Virus record (IMG/VR): IMGVR_UViG_3300042972_000006
Span: 38 to 64,037 of that record
Origin: a virus
Strand: one strand, 5' to 3'
DNA length: 64,000 bases
Shown here in pieces: positions 60,206 through 64,000 of this stretch; the first letter of the stretch is position 1, and every line of letters starts with the position of its first letter. The notes beneath the pieces are model-generated. The model did no database searches. It was not told where the DNA came from and worked only from the letters and a program-made list of their open reading frames with translations. A program made the translations under genes and the position numbers.

Positions 60206-63200
60206 ATGACGACCGCTCTCGCCTCCGTCGACGTCGAGGTCCGCGCGACCCTAGAGGTCTATGACAAGTCCATGGACGGCGTGAAGAAGACCGCCGTCGA
60301 GACCGAAAAGGCCGCTTCCGCCTCAATGAAGGCCATTGAGGACGCCGCGAAGGCGGCCGGCGACGCCAGTTCGGACGCGATGAACAAGGCGGCGGTGGCC
60401 TCTGCGACCGCGACGTCCGCCATGGAGGGGGCCGCCACGGCCGCCCGGGCGGAAACCGCCGCCATGGCCCAGAGCGCCACCGCCGCCAAGGCTTTCGAGA
60501 GGGCGAATGTCTCGGCCGCCTCGTCTCTTGGGGACTTGCTGGAAGCCCAGACGCGCGCCGCTGACGCCACTCGGGCCGGGGTCGCGGGCGCCCGGGAAGA
60601 GCTGGCGCTGATTCAGAACCTCATCAGCCAGAGGCAAGCGGAAACGGCCGCTGAGCGGGAGCGAACCGAGGCGCTGAAACAGTCCGAGGCCGCCCAGCGC
60701 CGGGCGAATGCGGCGGATAAGGACAGCGTTCCGACCAAGAAGCAAAGCGCCCAGGCCACGAAGGAAGCGGCCAAGGCCGAACGGGAGGCGAATCGCATCC
60801 GTCGGGAGGCGGAGCGCGAGCTTCGGAATATGTCTCGGGCGGCGGGCCAGTTCTCATCCGCCTCAGGGGCCATGATCGGCCAGATTGCGACCGGGAACGT
60901 CTCAATGCAGTCGTTCGCCTCGTCGGGTGGGATGGCGGTATCCTCGCTGTCCGCTCTTCCGGCGGCGGCGGCGGTGGCGCTAGGCGGGGTCGCTCTGCTG
61001 GCCGCCGGGGTGGTGACGGCCACGGTCGCGACCGACAAATACACGGCCTCCGTGGGGCGGTCGGAGGTCGCCCTCATGGGGTTCGGCGCCTTGGCCGCCC
61101 TGACCGTCGATCAGTTTCAGGACATGGCCGAGAAGTCGGCCGACGCGGCGGACCTGTCCATCGCCCAAGCTGAAGAGGCCCTCGGCACGTTTACACGGAT
61201 GGGGATCAGCAATGGCGAGGTTCTCGAAGGACTGACGTCGCTCGTCCAGCGCTATGCCCAGGTCACGAACCAAGACTTGAAGGGCGCGCAACAAGAGCTG
61301 GCCGCCTCGTTCGCTGACCCGATCAAGGGTGTCGAGAACCTGAACGAGAAACTGAACCTTCTCGACGCGAAGACCTCGCAATATATCGTCAACCTCGCTC
61401 AGCAAGGCCGGACGACCGAGGCTCAGACCGCTCTCATGCGGGCGCTGAGCGGCGAGATCGGAACCCAGACAGAGAACCTCGGCTTCCTCGCCGGAGCGTG
61501 GCGCACGGCCAAGAACGCGGCCTCGGATTACTTCCGCGAGCTGGGGAAGGGGATTGCAGTCGATTTCGGCGGCGGGACGACCGGGGATCGCCTAGAGCGC
61601 CTCCGCGGCGACCGTGAACGGGCGCGCGGCGCGCTGATCCAAATCCCGGCCATCAATCGGCGCCGAGACGCCGAGATCGCCGCGCTGGAAGCGACCCAGC
61701 GCTCGGAAGAGGCGACGCGCCGAGCGACGGCGGCGGAGGCCCAGCGCCGCAAGACGACGCGGGAAGCGGCCGACGCGGCTCAGGCCCTCCTTCCGTGGGA
61801 TCGCCAGCGCGCCGAAATCACGCAACGGGTGACGAGCATCGAGGCGGCCCGGAGGAGCGGCCTGATCGACGAGGCCACGGCCAGCCGCGCGCTCCGCGCC
61901 GCCCGGGTCCAGCTCAACCAACTGGATCAGCGCGCCGCGCGCGACGGCGCCCGCGCCACCCGGAGCAGCAACGGCCGGGCGCAATCCCTCGCCCGAGAAG
62001 CCGCGTCCATGGAGGCCAACGCCCGCGCGTCGCGCGAGCTGGCGGAGGCCTACCTTGAAAGCGCCGAGGCGGGCTTCCGTTCGGAGGCTGTCCGCCAGTC
62101 CCTGACGCAAGCGACGCGGAAGGGCATCGACGCCGAGGCGCAACTGAACCGCCAGCTCGCGTTGAACCGCGCGCAGGCCGCCGCCTCGGGCGCGAAAGCG
62201 GTGCGCGCCGCCGAGGAAGAGAACGCCGCCCGACGCTCCGCCAATGCCGCCGTCGCGGCCGGGACCATGACGGTTCGCGAAGCGGCGGAGTGGGTCCAGG
62301 TGGACACCGCTCAACGGGAGCTGAACATCCTCGCTGCGAACGCGCAGGGCGAGGAGCTTGAACTCCTCACGAAGATCATTCAGCGCCAAGGCGAGGCGGT
62401 GGCTGAGACCAACAGGATCGCCGCCGAGGCCAACGCCCTGAAGGCCATCGAGGACGCCCGGGAAGCGAACACCGTCCTCGAAGCCGAGAACAAGCTGATC
62501 GGCAAGAACAACGCCGAGCGCCGGGTCGCCTTGGCCCAGCTCCGCGCCATGTCGCAGATCAGGGCGCTCGGCATCGACCCCACGGGGGAGCGCGCGCAGC
62601 AAATCCTCAGCGAGGCCGAGCGGGGCGCTCAGCTCGAAAATCAGGCGGAACTCGCCTCTTACATGGATGACGTCACGAAGGAGACGTATCGCCAGATCGC
62701 GGCCATGAGGGACGAGGCGGCCGTATTCGGGATGACCTATGAGGCCGCCGCGATCTTCACGCGCCAGCAAGAGCTTCTCTCTCAGGCGGAAGCCGCCGGG
62801 ATTCCGCTGACCGAGGAGAACCGCCGCGCCATCGAGCAGCTTGCGGAGGCCTACGGCCACGCGACCGAGAACTCGCGCCTGTTGAACGAGCATATGCGGA
62901 GCCTTCAGGAAGCGACCGAGTTCGCGTCCGGAACCGTGGCCTCCTTCTTCGATGACATCGTGTGGGGTTCCGGATCGGCCAAGGACGCGCTTCGGGGCCT
63001 GTTGAAGAGCCTCGGCCAGGCCATGTTCCAAGCCTTCGCCCTCGGTCAGGGACCGCTTGCGGGCATCCTCGGCACGGCGAACAGCGGCCGCGTCGGTGGC
63101 GGCTCCGGCGGCGCCCTGAACTCCATCTTCGGCAGCATCGCCCGGAACGTCTTCAAGCTTCCGGTTGCTCACTCTGGTCTTCGACCTGGAGGGCGGGCCG

Positions 63201-63433
63201 CGACGAACCGCATGGTCTCGCCGCTGTCCCTGCTGGCGCCTCAGCTCCGTTCCGGTCTGAAGCCCGGCGAGTTCCACGCGATCCTTGAGGAAGGGGAGGA
63301 GGTCATCCCCCGGGGAGGCTCGCGCCGGTCCGGCGGGAACGTCTATATGACCGTCACCACCCCCAACGCTGACAGCTTCCGCCGAAGCGACCGTCAGATC
63401 GGACAGCAACTCAAGAAGAGGATGGCCCTCTGA
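60206..63433 (+). CDS. Tape measure protein
   Basis: About 1075 aa, Ala-rich helical; FADPIKG...LNLLD; C-terminal VTTPNADSFRRSDRQI as in GTA-like TMPs. Confidence 0.92.
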   Translation: MTTALASVDVEVRATLEVYDKSMDGVKKTAVETEKAASASMKAIEDAAKAAGDASSDAMNKAAVASATATSAMEGAATAARAETAAMAQSATAAKAFERANVSAASSLGDLLEAQTRAADATRAGVAGAREELALIQNLISQRQAETAAERERTEALKQSEAAQRRANAADKDSVPTKKQSAQATKEAAKAEREANRIRREAERELRNMSRAAGQFSSASGAMIGQIATGNVSMQSFASSGGMAVSSLSALPAAAAVALGGVALLAAGVVTATVATDKYTASVGRSEVALMGFGALAALTVDQFQDMAEKSADAADLSIAQAEEALGTFTRMGISNGEVLEGLTSLVQRYAQVTNQDLKGAQQELAASFADPIKGVENLNEKLNLLDAKTSQYIVNLAQQGRTTEAQTALMRALSGEIGTQTENLGFLAGAWRTAKNAASDYFRELGKGIAVDFGGGTTGDRLERLRGDRERARGALIQIPAINRRRDAEIAALEATQRSEEATRRATAAEAQRRKTTREAADAAQALLPWDRQRAEITQRVTSIEAARRSGLIDEATASRALRAARVQLNQLDQRAARDGARATRSSNGRAQSLAREAASMEANARASRELAEAYLESAEAGFRSEAVRQSLTQATRKGIDAEAQLNRQLALNRAQAAASGAKAVRAAEEENAARRSANAAVAAGTMTVREAAEWVQVDTAQRELNILAANAQGEELELLTKIIQRQGEAVAETNRIAAEANALKAIEDAREANTVLEAENKLIGKNNAERRVALAQLRAMSQIRALGIDPTGERAQQILSEAERGAQLENQAELASYMDDVTKETYRQIAAMRDEAAVFGMTYEAAAIFTRQQELLSQAEAAGIPLTEENRRAIEQLAEAYGHATENSRLLNEHMRSLQEATEFASGTVASFFDDIVWGSGSAKDALRGLLKSLGQAMFQAFALGQGPLAGILGTANSGRVGGGSGGALNSIFGSIARNVFKLPVAHSGLRPGGRAATNRMVSPLSLLAPQLRSGLKPGEFHAILEEGEEVIPRGGSRRSGGNVYMTVTTPNADSFRRSDRQIGQQLKKRMAL

Positions 63434-64000
63434 TGTTCGGCAGTTTTCAGGACATCTATCTCGACGACCTGATCGCCGGGTTCCCCTGCTACTCCAGCCC
63501 TCGTTTCTCGACGAACATCGCCGCGTCGTTCAGCGGGAGCGAGGTGCGGAATCGGAACTGGATGCACCCTCTCCGGCGGTTCCGCCTGCCTGAGGCTGTC
63601 CGCTATCATGAGCAATACGAAGCCCTTCAAGATCACTGGCTCGTCATGGGCGGTCCGGAATCGAGCTGGCCCTTCACGGATCCGCTCGACTTCGCCTCTG
63701 TCGCGCTGGAGTATCCGAACACGGTCCCCGAGACCTCTTCGGTCGATCAGGACATCGGCGTCGGAGATGGATCGCGCCGGGACTTCCAACTGATCAAGAC
63801 CTATGAGCGCGAGGGCGCCACCTATACCCGGCCGATCTTCCTCCCCCAGGTGGCCAGCGTGGTTGTCGCCATAGACGGGCAAGACCCCGCCAGCGCCCCG
63901 GGCGGACCCTATACGTGGACGATCTCGCGCCCCGGCGGCATCATCACCTTTGACCGCGCGCCGCGCATCGGCGCCATCGTCAGCGCCGGGTTCCTGTTCG
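63433..64000 (+). CDS. DUF2460 (TIGR02217) distal tail protein, truncated by the window end
   Basis: MFGSFQDIYL...PRFSTNI...SGSEVRNRNW...DPLDF...IGVGDG...FQLIKTY...AGFLF; absent from the ORF track because it has no stop. Confidence 0.85.
   Translation, partial: MFGSFQDIYLDDLIAGFPCYSSPRFSTNIAASFSGSEVRNRNWMHPLRRFRLPEAVRYHEQYEALQDHWLVMGGPESSWPFTDPLDFASVALEYPNTVPETSSVDQDIGVGDGSRRDFQLIKTYEREGATYTRPIFLPQVASVVVAIDGQDPASAPGGPYTWTISRPGGIITFDRAPRIGAIVSAGFLF

Noticed and set aside
61592-63409. 605-aa minus-strand ORF
   Set aside because: Antisense shadow of the tape measure gene
1-64000. CRISPR array, diversity-generating retroelement, retron, IS element, integrase/att site
   Set aside because: No regularly spaced repeats, reverse transcriptase motifs, transposase or recombinase signature seen by eye

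Overview
This window is essentially the whole genome (about 64 kb, GC-rich) of a tailed dsDNA siphophage. The host is most likely an alphaproteobacterium, possibly Caulobacteraceae; this is inferred from the GTA-like tail genes, the DUF1376-type initiator and the KGG protein. The window ends inside a DUF2460 tail gene whose C-terminus appears at positions 2-73, so the sequence is circularly permuted with only a short gap. Layout: tail tip and lysis genes (1-11.4 kb, +); a leftward early/recombination arm (11.5-21.8 kb, -: ACP-like protein, HerA-like ATPase, RNase H, HNH, RecT, RecE-like nuclease, KGG protein); a rightward replication/DNA-modification arm (21.9-31.8 kb, +: RuvC-like, LexA-like, three DNA methyltransferases, initiator and loader, DpdA/TGT-like protein, HNH, ParB-like); a leftward arm of small accessory genes (31.9-42.9 kb, -); and packaging, head and tail genes (43.1-64 kb, +). 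No integrase, DNA polymerase, reverse transcriptase or CRISPR array was seen. Most notable: (1) a four-gene glycosyltransferase/methyltransferase cassette inside the head module (candidate virion glycosylation); (2) an Acb1-like 2H phosphoesterase fused to the prohead protease; (3) a structured non-coding block and a degenerate tRNA between terminase and portal; (4) an out-of-frame gene nested in the cytosine methyltransferase; (5) an orphan DpdA; (6) a phage acyl carrier protein; (7) a recurring NGCACCAC-loop leader hairpin. All family assignments come from motif recognition by eye, not database searches.
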